Positions 1-10,831 of a stretch of DNA of 64,000 nt are shown here, one piece after another. The notes under the pieces are model-generated. The model worked only from the letters and a program-made list of their open reading frames with translations. It had not been told where the DNA came from and made no database searches. The translations under genes were made by a program, and so were the position numbers. Each line of letters begins with the position of its first letter. Position 1 is the stretch's first letter. The DNA is from an uncultured bacterium (lineage in GTDB: Bacteria; Eisenbacteria; RBG-16-71-46; CAIMUX01), in assembly GCA_964371055.1 (NCBI GenBank), contig CAYJLF010000001.1:277639-341638 (forward strand), written 5' to 3'.

Positions 1-1
1 T

Positions 2-916
2 CCCCCGGGAGCGCCGGCGGAGCACTTCGTCTTCTGGGTCGGCCCCCTGCTGACCGCCTACGCTTCCGCCTTCGAGCAGACCGAAACGGAGTGGACCGTC
101 GGATCGGCCGAAGACACGGCCGTCGACGGAATCTGGGAGCAGGTCGATCCCAACGGCACCTGGCACGTGGTCACGCCGGTCCAGCCGGAGGACGACCACA
201 CCCCCGATCCGGGCACGATCTGCTGGGTGACGGGACAGGCGCCGCCCGACTCCGGCGAGGATGACAACGACGTCGAGGGAGGAGCCACGAGTCTCGTCTC
301 GCCGCGGCTCGACCTCGACATCGACGGGCTGGTGATCCTCCGGTACTGGCGCTGGTACACCAACGACACCCAGGGGGCGTCCGACGACGAGTGGGTCGTC
401 GAAGTCAGCGAAGACGACGGCGCCACCTGGAAGGACCTGGAACGGACCTCCGTCAGCGAGCGGCAGTGGACCCGGATGGAGTTCGTCCTCTCCGACCTCA
501 TGACCATGACCAACCAGGTCCGCGTCCGCTTCCGGGCCTCGGATTTCGGCCCCCCCTCCATCGTGGAGGCGGCGGTGGATGACTTCGAGATCGTCTACAT
601 CGGACAGACTCCGGCCGGCGTGGAGGAAACTCTCTACGTCCCGTTCGGGTTCGCGCGCGGGCCGGCCAACCCGGCGCGCCCCGGCTCGGCGGTGCGCTTC
701 GGCCTCGAACGGTCGGGGCCGGTCCAGCTCGCCCTCTACGACATCCAGGGACGCCGGATCCGTACGCTGATCGAGGGGTCGCTGGGCGCCGGAATGCACA
801 CGCTGACCTGGGACGGGCGCGATGACCGCGGACACCTGGTCCCCTCGGGCGCCTACTTCTACCGGCTCGAGGCGGGTCGTCAGGCCCAGAACCGGAAGAT
901 CCTGCTGGTCCACTGA
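2..916 (+). CDS. C-terminal fragment (5'-truncated at the window edge) of a large secreted protein. It is a paralog of the C-terminal region of the C25-like protein at 37716..42551, with a MAM/jelly-roll-like region followed by a FlgD-Ig-like C-terminal sorting-type domain.
   Basis: Frame 2 is open from nt 2. The segment ...DDHTPDPGTICWVTGQ...WVVEVSEDDGATWKDL... aligns to ...DDHTPDPGIRCLVTAN...LAVDVSNDGGVSWAPL... in the 1611-aa protein. The terminal ~80 aa (LALYDIQGRRIRTL...LTWDGRDDRGHLVPSGAYFYRLEA...KILLV) is the FlgD-Ig-like CTD shared with five other ORFs. Confidence 0.6.
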   Translation, partial: PPGAPAEHFVFWVGPLLTAYASAFEQTETEWTVGSAEDTAVDGIWEQVDPNGTWHVVTPVQPEDDHTPDPGTICWVTGQAPPDSGEDDNDVEGGATSLVSPRLDLDIDGLVILRYWRWYTNDTQGASDDEWVVEVSEDDGATWKDLERTSVSERQWTRMEFVLSDLMTMTNQVRVRFRASDFGPPSIVEAAVDDFEIVYIGQTPAGVEETLYVPFGFARGPANPARPGSAVRFGLERSGPVQLALYDIQGRRIRTLIEGSLGAGMHTLTWDGRDDRGHLVPSGAYFYRLEAGRQAQNRKILLVH

Positions 917-1104
917 TCTCTGGACTCCGGTTGGCGCATCAAGACGCGCCGGTCACCGCCTCGGGCGGGGCCGGCGCGTTTCGCCTTTCGGTTCGATCCA
1001 CGGCACGCGCTTGTGCCGGCCGATCCGGACAGCTACAGTCTCGGCTCGTCCGTTGAACAGATCCAACCCGGGCCGCGGCGCAACGCCGCGAGGAAACCGC
1101 CATC

Positions 1105-1896
1105 ATGACCTCAGTCCGCCGTTCGCGCGATCGACACGAGCTGTACGAGGCTGCCGTACAGTGCCCTGAAGCCGACGTCATCTTCTTCGACCGGGTCTAC
1201 CGGGAGTGGAACGGATCCCTGCCGCGATCTCTGCGCGAGGACTTCTGCGGCACCGCCGCGATCTGCGCCGAGTGGGTGCGACGAAGGCGGGACAACACGG
1301 CGATCGGCGTCGACCTGCATGCCCCGACGCTCGCGGTGGGGAAACGGCGGCACATTGCGCCCCTGGGCGATGATGCCGCGCGCGTTGCGCTGCTACGCCA
1401 GGATGTTCGCGCCACTCGGGCCCCTAAGGTTGACGTGATCGGGGCGCTCAACTTCTCCTACATGGTGTTCCGGCGCCGGTCCGAACTCGTCGACTACTTC
1501 CGCGGCGTGCGCGCGTCGCTGGCGCGGCACGGGATCTTCGTCCTGGACATCTTCGGCGGCTGGGACGCCCAGGCGCTCAAGACCGAGACCCGGCGCCGGA
1601 GCGGGTTCACCTACGTTTGGGACCAGGCGGCGTTCGACCCCATCACCCACCACACTCGGTTCCACATTCACTTCCGATTCCCTGACGGCAGCGAGATGCG
1701 CCGCGCCTTCACCTACGACTGGAGACTCTGGACCATCCCGGAAGTGCAGGAGGCTCTGGCCGAGGCCGGCTTCGGCCGCTCCACCGTCTACTGGGAGGGG
1801 ACCGATCAGCGGACCGGGCGCGGCAACGGGGTCTTCCGCCGGACGGCCAGGACGGCGAGCTGCCCGGGGTGGATCGCCTACATCGCGGCCGGTTGA
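1105..1896 (+). CDS. Class I SAM-dependent methyltransferase
   Basis: 263-aa ORF with a Gly-rich motif I-like segment (EDFCGTAAI) and overall Rossmann-fold methyltransferase-like layout. Assigned by family resemblance only. Confidence 0.5.
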   Translation: MTSVRRSRDRHELYEAAVQCPEADVIFFDRVYREWNGSLPRSLREDFCGTAAICAEWVRRRRDNTAIGVDLHAPTLAVGKRRHIAPLGDDAARVALLRQDVRATRAPKVDVIGALNFSYMVFRRRSELVDYFRGVRASLARHGIFVLDIFGGWDAQALKTETRRRSGFTYVWDQAAFDPITHHTRFHIHFRFPDGSEMRRAFTYDWRLWTIPEVQEALAEAGFGRSTVYWEGTDQRTGRGNGVFRRTARTASCPGWIAYIAAG

Positions 1897-2078
1897 CGCC
1901 GATGGGCCGCTGACCCGCGGACCGGGCACCGGGCGCGTCACACTCTTGCCACGAAACCCCCTGGCGCGGGAGCGGTAGGATCTCGAGCGGGCGGGGGCAG
2001 AAGCGGCGGGATCGATTCCAGCGATTCAGGGGCGGTCCCGCCATCCCTGCGCGCATCCAAGATCCGGGAGGAGAAACG

Positions 2079-3353
2079 ATGTCCCGACGGCGTATCTGGA
2101 TCCTGCTCGTTCTCGTCGCGGTCGCGGCCGCGGTCATCGTGGCCCTCGCCGGACGGGGTGGGGACGCGGCCCCGGCATGGCGGACCGAGGCTGTCACCCG
2201 CGGCGCGGTTCGCACGCAGGTCTCGGCCACGGGCACCCTGAGCGCGGTGACGACCGTCCAGGTCGGAAGCCAGGTCAGCGGCACGATCGCGGCGCTCTAC
2301 GCCGACTTCAACGGTGTGGTCAAGCGCGGCCAGGTGCTCGCCCAACTCGATCCCACGTTTCTCCGCGCCCAGGTCGCACAGAACCGGGCCGAACTCCAGC
2401 GGGCCGAGGTGCAGTTGCGCCAGGCCCTCCGGGACAGCGCCCGGGTCGCCCCGCTCGGGGCCCAGGGCCTGGCGTCGCAGGCCGACCTGGATGCGACGCA
2501 GACTTCGCTCGACGCGGCGCGGGCCTCCGTTGCAGCCGCCCGCGCCACCATGGAACGGGCGGAGACTAACCTGCGCTACGCCACGATCGTCTCACCCATC
2601 GACGGCGTCGTCATCTCGCGCGACGTCGACGAGGGACAGACCGTCGCGGCCTCTCTCCAGGCGCCGACGCTCTTCACGATCGCCAACGACCTGACGCAGA
2701 TGCAGCTCGAGACCGCCGTCGACGAGGCCGACATCGGATCGATCAAGGCCGGGCAGGCCGCCAGCTTCACGGTCGATTCCTATCCGGAAATGAGCTTTCG
2801 CGGAACCGTCCACCAGGTGCGCCTGCAGCCCGAGACGATCCAGAATGTCGTGACCTATACGGTCGTCATCCTGGTGGAGAACCCGGACCTGCGCCTCCTC
2901 CCCGGCATGACCGCGAACGTGACGATCCTGGTCGACTCGGTCGAGGGAGTCCTCAAGGTTCCGGCCGGAGCGCTCCGGTTCAGGCCACCCGGGGCCGCGG
3001 CGCCAGGCGACGCCGGTCCGCCGCGATCCGCGCCCGCGCCGGCCGGCGAGCGGCGCGAAGGGGGCCCTCGTCCCACGCCGGGATCGGAATCGGGAGGACC
3101 TCTTGCCGGAGGCGGCCGGGGCCGGGTGTTCGTCCTGGACGGGGGGGAGCCTCGCCCGGTCCGGGTCCGTACCGGGCTGAGCGACGGCACCTTTACCGCC
3201 GTCTTCGCCGATTCGCTCCGCGAGGGGGACCTGGTGATCGTCGGAACCGCCTCCTCCACCAACGGAGCCGCTCCGGCATCCGGCCAGGTCAACCCGTTCG
3301 GGCCACGCATGCCCACCGGCCGCAGTGGGAGCAGCAGCGGGGGCCGGCGCTGA
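2079..3353 (+). CDS. macA: Efflux transporter periplasmic adaptor subunit (MacA/HlyD family)
   Basis: N-terminal TM anchor. The segment QVSGTIAALYADFNGVVKRGQVLAQLDPTFLRAQVAQNRAELQRAEVQL is a typical MacA-type biotin-lipoyl/coiled-coil signature. GGGAGGAG Shine-Dalgarno sequence upstream. Followed by a MacB-like ATPase and permease. Confidence 0.8.
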   Translation: MSRRRIWILLVLVAVAAAVIVALAGRGGDAAPAWRTEAVTRGAVRTQVSATGTLSAVTTVQVGSQVSGTIAALYADFNGVVKRGQVLAQLDPTFLRAQVAQNRAELQRAEVQLRQALRDSARVAPLGAQGLASQADLDATQTSLDAARASVAAARATMERAETNLRYATIVSPIDGVVISRDVDEGQTVAASLQAPTLFTIANDLTQMQLETAVDEADIGSIKAGQAASFTVDSYPEMSFRGTVHQVRLQPETIQNVVTYTVVILVENPDLRLLPGMTANVTILVDSVEGVLKVPAGALRFRPPGAAAPGDAGPPRSAPAPAGERREGGPRPTPGSESGGPLAGGGRGRVFVLDGGEPRPVRVRTGLSDGTFTAVFADSLREGDLVIVGTASSTNGAAPASGQVNPFGPRMPTGRSGSSSGGRR

Positions 3354-3367
3354 CGCGCCGGGGTATC

Positions 3368-4141
<774 letters not shown>

Positions 4142-4218
4142 GGGATCGGCCGTCCCGGTCCGGAACCGGACCCGGCATCAGGCAAGGAGCCTGCCCCGGT
4201 GAAGACGACGAAAGGAGC

Positions 4219-5442
4219 ATGATGTTCCGCTTCAGTCTTCTGCTCAAGGCCGCGTTGCGATCGATCGCCCGGAACAAGATGCGCTCGGGGCTCACCGTCC
4301 TCGGCATCATCATCGGGGTCGCGGCGGTCATCGCCATGGTCGGCATCGGCGAAGGGGCGAGCAATATGCTCAAGTCCCAGATCGCGTCCCTCGGTGACAA
4401 TGTCATCAATGTCTTCCCCGGCTCTCACTTCGGCGGCGGCCGCTCGGGCGGAGCCGGCACGAGTTCCAGCCTGACCGAGGAGGACGCCGAGGCGATCCGG
4501 ACCCTGGTCCCCTCCGTGTCCCGCATCAGCCCGATCGCGCGCAGCGGCGCCATGGCGGTCTACGGCAACCAGAACTGGCAGACCTCGGTCATGGGGGGCG
4601 GCCCCGACTTCTTCACCATCCGGAGCTGGGCGATCGTGAAGGGAAGCGGGTTCAACGACTCCGCCATCCGCGGGGCGGCCAAGGTGGCGGTCATCGGCCA
4701 GACCGTCGCCGAACGACTCTTCGGGGACGCCGACCCGATCGGCGAGACGATCCGGCTGAAGCGGCTTCCGTTTACGGTCATCGGCATCCTCGACCGCAAG
4801 GGACAGAATGCGTGGGGACAGGATCAGGATGACGTGATCATCGCGCCCTACACGACCGTCATGAAGAAGCTCTCCGGTCAAACCTCCCTGAGCATGGTCC
4901 TCGCCTCCGCACGCTCCTTCGAGGAACTCCCGGCTGCGACCGATGCGATCACTTCGCTCCTGCGGCAGCGCCACCGCATCGGTCCCACCCAGGACGATGA
5001 CTTCACGGTGCGGACGCAGCAGGACATCAGCAACGTCATGGGCTCGACCGCCCAGGTGATGAAGACCCTCCTCGCCGTGATCGCATCCATTTCGCTGCTC
5101 GTCGGCGGGATCGGGATCATGAACATCATGCTGGTCTCGGTCACGGAACGAACGAGGGAGATCGGGATCCGGATGGCCGTCGGGGCCAAGGGATGGCACG
5201 TGCTGGTGCAGTTCCTCTCCGAGGCGATAGTCCTGTCGAGCCTCGGTGGTCTCCTGGGCATCATCCTGGGAGTCGGTTCGGCGCGGGTGGTGGAATCGAC
5301 CATGCGCTGGCCGGTCGACGTGGCGCCGCACTGGATCATCGCCGCATTCGCTGTGGCTGCGGCGGTTGGCGTTCTCTTCGGCTTCTGGCCGGCGCGCAAG
5401 GCATCCCGCCTCGATCCGATCGAGGCGCTGCGCTACGAATAA
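4219..5442 (+). CDS. ABC transporter permease, FtsX/MacB family (large periplasmic domain, 4 TM)
   Basis: N-terminal TM, ~220-aa periplasmic domain, three C-terminal TM helices and the FtsX-like motif region (LLVGGIGIMNIMLVSVTERTREIGIRMAVGA). Confidence 0.85.
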   Translation: MMFRFSLLLKAALRSIARNKMRSGLTVLGIIIGVAAVIAMVGIGEGASNMLKSQIASLGDNVINVFPGSHFGGGRSGGAGTSSSLTEEDAEAIRTLVPSVSRISPIARSGAMAVYGNQNWQTSVMGGGPDFFTIRSWAIVKGSGFNDSAIRGAAKVAVIGQTVAERLFGDADPIGETIRLKRLPFTVIGILDRKGQNAWGQDQDDVIIAPYTTVMKKLSGQTSLSMVLASARSFEELPAATDAITSLLRQRHRIGPTQDDDFTVRTQQDISNVMGSTAQVMKTLLAVIASISLLVGGIGIMNIMLVSVTERTREIGIRMAVGAKGWHVLVQFLSEAIVLSSLGGLLGIILGVGSARVVESTMRWPVDVAPHWIIAAFAVAAAVGVLFGFWPARKASRLDPIEALRYE

Positions 5443-5461
5443 GTCGGCGATCGGGGCCGAT

Positions 5462-6136
5462 CTACCGGACCGCGGCCTCAGCCGGCTGGATCGAGGCGAG
5501 CATCGCCTCCAGACCGGGCAACGCCTTGTCCATCGCCGCGCGCGGGCCGGCGCACTTGAAGAACCACGGCCCGCCTTCCCCTTCGACCACCGCGGCCCAA
5601 AGACGGTAGTTCTCCTTTTGCGCGCCTCCCTCGTGGGGAGTGCCGTGGGGATCACCGTGGGGTCCGCCTGCCATTCCCATCATCGATCCCGTCGCATAGG
5701 TGCCTTCCACCGCCACCGTGCTGGCGCGAAACGCGCCGACCTGCCGGCTCTCTCTTCGCGCCCGTTCGGCCGAGGGCTTCCCGTCCGGCTGGGAGATCTG
5801 CGCGATCCAACGATCGACGTTGGCCTGCACGTCTCCCCCCTGACCGGCGCCGAAGTGGAACAGAATCAGTTCAGGCCGGTCCTCCCCCTCTTTCGCCGGG
5901 GGGAGAGCGAACTGCGCGGCGCGCATCGAAGAAGCCGGCTCGACGTCCGTCCATCCTTCCGGCACGGAGAAGGCCAGTCCGGCCGAGGAGGTCGCGCGCA
6001 TCGGGCCGGCGGCGCCGCTCCCGCCCGGAGAAGAACAGCCCGTGGCCACGAAGAACACCGCGACGATCGCCAGCGCCAATCGCGATACGCGTTCGCCCAT
6101 CCGCACCGCGGCGCCGTTGGACTGCATCGAGCTCAT
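5462..6136 (-). CDS. Hypothetical lipoprotein (signal peptide plus lipobox ATGC), Gly/His-rich; unknown function
   Basis: MSSMQSNGAAVRMGERVSRLALAIVAVFFVATGC lipobox. No family recognised. Lies directly downstream of the histidine kinase on the same strand. Confidence 0.4.
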   Translation of the reverse strand: MSSMQSNGAAVRMGERVSRLALAIVAVFFVATGCSSPGGSGAAGPMRATSSAGLAFSVPEGWTDVEPASSMRAAQFALPPAKEGEDRPELILFHFGAGQGGDVQANVDRWIAQISQPDGKPSAERARRESRQVGAFRASTVAVEGTYATGSMMGMAGGPHGDPHGTPHEGGAQKENYRLWAAVVEGEGGPWFFKCAGPRAAMDKALPGLEAMLASIQPAEAAVR

Positions 6137-6206
6137 CGTTCCTCCTTCCGGCGCACCCCCCGAAGACGGCGCACGCCTCTATGGTTAAAGGAGGGGCGGA
6201 CGCCCC

Positions 6207-7703
6207 TCAACTCCCCTGGATCGTTGGCAGTTTGACCGTGAAGGTCGACCCCTTGCCCGGGGTGCTTCGGATGTAGACGATTCCCCGGTGGGCCTCGACG
6301 ATCTTGCGCACGATCCAGAGGCCGAGGCCGGTGCTGTCCTCTCCCCCCGTCGGCGCCGCCGTCAGCTTCTTCCCCATCTGGAACGCCTCTTCCAGGTCCT
6401 GCGGCGCGAAGCCGGGACCGGCATCGGTGATCTCGATCGTGATGTGGCTCGGCGTTCCCTTCAACTCGACCGCCACCGTCGAGTCGGTCCGGGAGTATTT
6501 GACCGCGTTGCTCACGAGGTTGTCGAGCACCTCCTCGATCCGGGGACCGTCCATCTCGATCTGCGGAAGGTGATCGGGGATCGAGGCTTTGATCGCGATC
6601 TGCTTGCGGGCGGCGGCGGCCTGGTTCATCCGCACGATCGATTCGACCATCGGCTTGAGCGAGTCGACCTTGAGATCGAGGGGAAGGTCCTTGACCTCGG
6701 CGATCAGCGCGTTGCTCAGGTCCTGAGAGAGCCTGAGGATCCGCGCGCTGGTCATCAGGATCTCGTCGATCAGCGACTTCTGCTGTTCAGCGTTGCCATC
6801 GTAGGACTGGAGCAGCTCCGCCAGCGCGGCGATGGCTCCGGCCGGATTCTTGATGTCGTGCGCGATCATCGCCATGAGCTCCTCTTTCTTCTGCTGGAGC
6901 TCGCGCAGCTGGGAGTTCGACTCCTCGAGGAAAGAGACCTCCTCGCGCAGTTCCCGGTTCATCTTGCGCAGTCGGCGGGTCGAGTCGAGCAACTCGGCGA
7001 CCTTCAGCCGCAGGCGGTCGACCTCGCGTTCGAGTTCGGAACTGAGGCGATCCACCAGCGGGTCACCCTCCCCCGCGCGCGGCGCGAAGCCGCCCAGGCG
7101 GGGAGGTTGCGCCGTGCCATCCCCTACGACGGTGGCGCCCCGCGGGACGCGTGGCCCATCCGGGCGGGTGCCCGCGGAGCGGCGCCGTCGAGCGAAGACC
7201 CAGACACCGGCGCCGCCGATCAGGAACGCAAGCCCCGCGATCAGCAGGACGGAAAGGGGAGAACCCGCTCCGGGTCGCTCCGACGAGGGCTCCGCGGACA
7301 TCCCCGAGGAGGCGGCCTGGCGTTCCAGCACGCGAAGGATCATCCCCGTGGTATCGGCCGGCCAGGAACCGTCCGGCGCGAAGGCCGCGATCCGAACCGG
7401 TCGTGTGCCAGACTCTGTCGTCGGAACGACGAGGAGCGTGTCTGAAGTCGGAACGCCCCAGGTGATGCCATCGGCCGAGATTCGGAATCGCGCCTCCGCG
7501 GGACGGGGCCGGAGCGCGACCGCGAGAGAGAGTCGTTGCCCGGTCTCGACGCGGAGTTCGCCGGCCTCGGCCAGGACGGACCTGCCGTCGACTTCGATCG
7601 CGACGATTTCGAGGCGCGGGCGGCTCCCCTCCCGGGCCAGGGTCGCAACGGGCAGGCCACCGATCAGAAGGAGGGCAGCCCAGGAGAGAACGTGGATCTG
7701 CAT
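6207..7703 (-). CDS. Sensor histidine kinase (signal peptide, ~150-aa periplasmic domain, TM, coiled coil, HisKA, HATPase_c)
   Basis: H-box MAMIAHDIKNP, N-box LDNLVSNAVKYS, G-boxes DAGPGF and GLGLWIV. I trimmed the start from the 684-aa track ORF to MQIHVLSWAALLLIGG (ATG at 7703), because the upstream 186 aa are Arg/Ser-rich nonsense. Confidence 0.8.
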   Translation of the reverse strand: MQIHVLSWAALLLIGGLPVATLAREGSRPRLEIVAIEVDGRSVLAEAGELRVETGQRLSLAVALRPRPAEARFRISADGITWGVPTSDTLLVVPTTESGTRPVRIAAFAPDGSWPADTTGMILRVLERQAASSGMSAEPSSERPGAGSPLSVLLIAGLAFLIGGAGVWVFARRRRSAGTRPDGPRVPRGATVVGDGTAQPPRLGGFAPRAGEGDPLVDRLSSELEREVDRLRLKVAELLDSTRRLRKMNRELREEVSFLEESNSQLRELQQKKEELMAMIAHDIKNPAGAIAALAELLQSYDGNAEQQKSLIDEILMTSARILRLSQDLSNALIAEVKDLPLDLKVDSLKPMVESIVRMNQAAAARKQIAIKASIPDHLPQIEMDGPRIEEVLDNLVSNAVKYSRTDSTVAVELKGTPSHITIEITDAGPGFAPQDLEEAFQMGKKLTAAPTGGEDSTGLGLWIVRKIVEAHRGIVYIRSTPGKGSTFTVKLPTIQGS

Positions 7704-7935
7704 GGGGCGAGTCAAACACGCCCGGGGGCGCAGGGCAAGCCCACGGCGACGTGGCCGGGCGTGAGGCCGGGAGACCGGCGAAGGCTCCGGGCGGCCGCGG
7801 ACGGTAACCCCCTCCCTCGCCCGTGAACGCGCGGGACCGCTGTGATACCATCGAGCGCGAGCCGGCCCCTCTCGCCTGATGCCGGCCTGGTCGGCCGGAG
7901 AACACGCCACCTGACCGGTCCCCGCGGAGGCCGTC

Positions 7936-8439
7936 ATGTCCGATCTGCGCGAACAGCTGCTCAAGGCAGGCCTCGTCTCGTCCCGGCAGGTCCGCCAGGC
8001 CAAGCACGACGATCGCGTGCACCGCAAGGAAGTCGGGCTCGAAGGCCTGCAGGAGGAACGCGCCGCCCAACAACGCGCCGCGGAGGAACGCCTGGAGGCC
8101 AAGCGGCGCGCCGACCGCGAGCGCGAGGAGGAACGGCGCCGCCGGGAGCTGGAACAGCAGCGGGCGGAGGTCCTTCGTTCGAGGATTCGCGGCGGTTGGA
8201 TCCGCGAGGCCACCGCGGGCGCTAAGCGCTTCTTTTTCGTGCTCGAAGGGGGGCGGATCACCTACCTCGACCTGAACGACGGCGCGGCCCGGCGCCTGCT
8301 CGGCGGCAGCGCCGCCATCGTCGACACCACCGGGGCGGTGCGGGGGGAGTTCTGCGTCATCGACGGCCACGCCGCCCAGTCGCTAGCGCGAGAGCATCCG
8401 GAGATCATCCGCTACTGGAACCGGTCGGTGGACCGCTGA
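7936..8439 (+). CDS. DUF2058-like protein (YaiL-like), with an N-terminal charged Lys/Glu/Arg coiled region
   Basis: N-terminus MSDLREQLLKAGLVSSRQVRQ followed by a highly charged ER-rich segment and a conserved C-terminal domain. Resemblance to the DUF2058 family. Confidence 0.45.
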   Translation: MSDLREQLLKAGLVSSRQVRQAKHDDRVHRKEVGLEGLQEERAAQQRAAEERLEAKRRADREREEERRRRELEQQRAEVLRSRIRGGWIREATAGAKRFFFVLEGGRITYLDLNDGAARRLLGGSAAIVDTTGAVRGEFCVIDGHAAQSLAREHPEIIRYWNRSVDR

Positions 8440-8453
8440 CCGGCGGTAAGCAC

Positions 8454-10784
8454 GTGCCCGAATCAGCGGCGTATCCGGAACCTGACCGCGCCGACGGCAC
8501 CACGGCTCGCGCTTTGTCCAGGTCGCGGTCGGCTGGTCTCTCTCTCACGGCTCTCCTCGCGCTCCTCACCGGACTCTCCTGCCTGTCGGCGCGCATTCCC
8601 GAGAGCGGCTCGCGGCAGCGGGTCCTCTTCTACGCGGCGCCGACCCAGCTCGCGCCCGGCGCCCGCCTCGATCCCGATGACCTGGAAGCGCGCCTGAAGC
8701 GCCTCGACTATCACTTCGTCGAGGAACCGAAAGCGCCGGGGGAGGTTCAACTGCGTCCCGGTGGCGGGACGATCTGGCTCCGGCCGTTCCACTATCCCGG
8801 CCGGGCCTTCCCGGGCGGCCGGGTCCGCCTGCGACTCGGATCGGGCGAGGTGGTGAGCGTCGAACCTCTCGATCCGATGGAAGCGGGCGATCTGCGCCTC
8901 GAGCCGGAACGAATCGCCGGTTTCGAAGGCGACCGGGGTGCCGTTCTGAAGCCGATCACCCTCCAGGATGCGCCGCCGCTTCTGGTGCAGGCGATCATCG
9001 CCAGCGAGGATCGTCGCTTCTACCAGCACATCGGGATCGATCCCCTCGGCCTCGTGCGCGCCTTCTTCGCGAATCTGCGCAAACAGGACGTGGGCCAGGG
9101 AGGATCGACGCTGACCCAGCAGTTGGCGCGCTCCCTCTATCTGCGCAATCAGAAGACGATCGGCCGCAAGATCAGCGAGGCCGCGATCGCGATCGGCCTG
9201 GAGATCCGATACTCCAAGGAGGAGATCCTCGAGGGCTACCTGAATGCCGTCTACTGGGGCCACTGGGGCCCGATGGAAATCCGCGGCGCGCGGGAAGCGG
9301 CTCAGTACTACCTCGGCACCGATATCGACCAGGCCGACGTCGCCGGCATCGCGCTTCTGGTCGGCATCCTCCCCGCGCCGAACGCCTTCTCACCGTACGG
9401 CCATCCTGACCGCGCCAAACGGCGACGGGACGTCGTGCTGAGAGTGCTGGAGACCCGCGGCATCCTGACCGCGGAGGAAGCAGCCAAGGCAAGGGCCAGG
9501 CCGATCCCGGAGCGTCGACCACCGGTGCGGCTCTCGGAAGCGTCCTACTTCCTCGACGCGGCGCGGGTGGAGATCGAACGGAGGGCGCCGAAGGGCATCG
9601 CCGACCGGCCCGGCACGAAGATCTTCACGACCCTCGACTTCCGCGATCAGGCCGCGGTGGTGGCATCGATCGAGAAGGGGCTCCCGGATCTGGAAAAGGC
9701 GCACCGCAAGCTGCGCCGCAAGGACCACATCCTCCAGGGCGCCGTCGTTTCCATCGACCCCGGTTCGGGCGCGGTGCGCGCCCTGGTGGGAGGGCGCGAC
9801 TTCCTCCGCTATCCGTTCAATCGGGCGGCCGAGGCCCGCCGTCAGCCCGGGTCGCTCTTCAAGCCGTTCGTCTTCCTCGCCGCCTTCCGCCGCGCCGAAC
9901 GGCGCGACGGATCGTCCTGGACGCCGGCCACCGTCATCGTGGACGAGCCGGTGGAGAGCAAGCCCGGGCGCAAGCCATGGCCGCAGAACTACGATCACGA
10001 GTACCGCGGCCCCGTGACGATCAGGCAGGCGCTGGAGCAGTCGATCAACGCGCCGACCGCACGGGTCGCGGTCGAGGTCGGCCTCCCGCGAGTCGCGGCG
10101 GCTGCGCAGGACCTGGGAATCCTGAGCCCGCTGCGGCCGGTGCCGTCTTTGAGCCTCGGCTCTTCCGAGGTCACGCTGATGGAGATCACGGGGGCCTACG
10201 CCGCCCTCGCCGAGGGTGGCGTCGCGCACGCGCCCCACCTGGTGACCGGGATCCTCGACCGCGACGGCGGGGTGGTTCCCCTCCAGCCGCTCGTCGATCC
10301 GCCGGGCGTGGGGAGGTCGGAAGCTTTCCTGACCACCCGGCTGTTGCAGGGGGTGATGGAGTCGGGGACCGGCAAGCGGGCCCGGGCACTGGGAGTACGC
10401 GGCGACGTGGCGGGAAAGACCGGCACCACGGACGACTACCGCGACGCCTGGTTCGTCGGGTTCACGCCGGTGAGGGCCATCGGCGTGTGGATCGGCTTCG
10501 ATGACAACCACCCGGTCGGCCTGTCGGGCGGGGCCGCCGCGCTGCCGATCTGGGCCCACGCGATGCGCTCCGCCCAGGGCCGGCACGGCGACGGATCGTT
10601 CCATCGCCCGCGCGGGGTCGTTCGGGTCCCGATCTGCATCGAGAGCGGGCAGGTCGCGACCGCTGACTGCCCCAGTTTCCTCGAGGAGGACTTCCTGGCC
10701 GGGACCGAGCCGACCGAGAGCTGTGAGCTGCACGCGCCAGGCCTGTTCGAGCGATTTTGGCGCAGGTTCGACTGGCGTGACTGA
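8454..10784 (+). CDS. Class A penicillin-binding protein (bifunctional GT51 transglycosylase / transpeptidase), with a ~165-aa N-terminal extension
   Basis: GT51 motifs EDRRFYQHIGID and GGSTLTQQLAR. Transpeptidase SxxK SLFKPF and KTGTT. Membrane anchor LSLTALLALLTGLSCL. Confidence 0.85.
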   Translation: MPESAAYPEPDRADGTTARALSRSRSAGLSLTALLALLTGLSCLSARIPESGSRQRVLFYAAPTQLAPGARLDPDDLEARLKRLDYHFVEEPKAPGEVQLRPGGGTIWLRPFHYPGRAFPGGRVRLRLGSGEVVSVEPLDPMEAGDLRLEPERIAGFEGDRGAVLKPITLQDAPPLLVQAIIASEDRRFYQHIGIDPLGLVRAFFANLRKQDVGQGGSTLTQQLARSLYLRNQKTIGRKISEAAIAIGLEIRYSKEEILEGYLNAVYWGHWGPMEIRGAREAAQYYLGTDIDQADVAGIALLVGILPAPNAFSPYGHPDRAKRRRDVVLRVLETRGILTAEEAAKARARPIPERRPPVRLSEASYFLDAARVEIERRAPKGIADRPGTKIFTTLDFRDQAAVVASIEKGLPDLEKAHRKLRRKDHILQGAVVSIDPGSGAVRALVGGRDFLRYPFNRAAEARRQPGSLFKPFVFLAAFRRAERRDGSSWTPATVIVDEPVESKPGRKPWPQNYDHEYRGPVTIRQALEQSINAPTARVAVEVGLPRVAAAAQDLGILSPLRPVPSLSLGSSEVTLMEITGAYAALAEGGVAHAPHLVTGILDRDGGVVPLQPLVDPPGVGRSEAFLTTRLLQGVMESGTGKRARALGVRGDVAGKTGTTDDYRDAWFVGFTPVRAIGVWIGFDDNHPVGLSGGAAALPIWAHAMRSAQGRHGDGSFHRPRGVVRVPICIESGQVATADCPSFLEEDFLAGTEPTESCELHAPGLFERFWRRFDWRD

Positions 10785-10831
10785 TGGAATCGATCCGGGT
10801 GGATGCGCGGGTAGGAGGGTAGGGTAAGACC

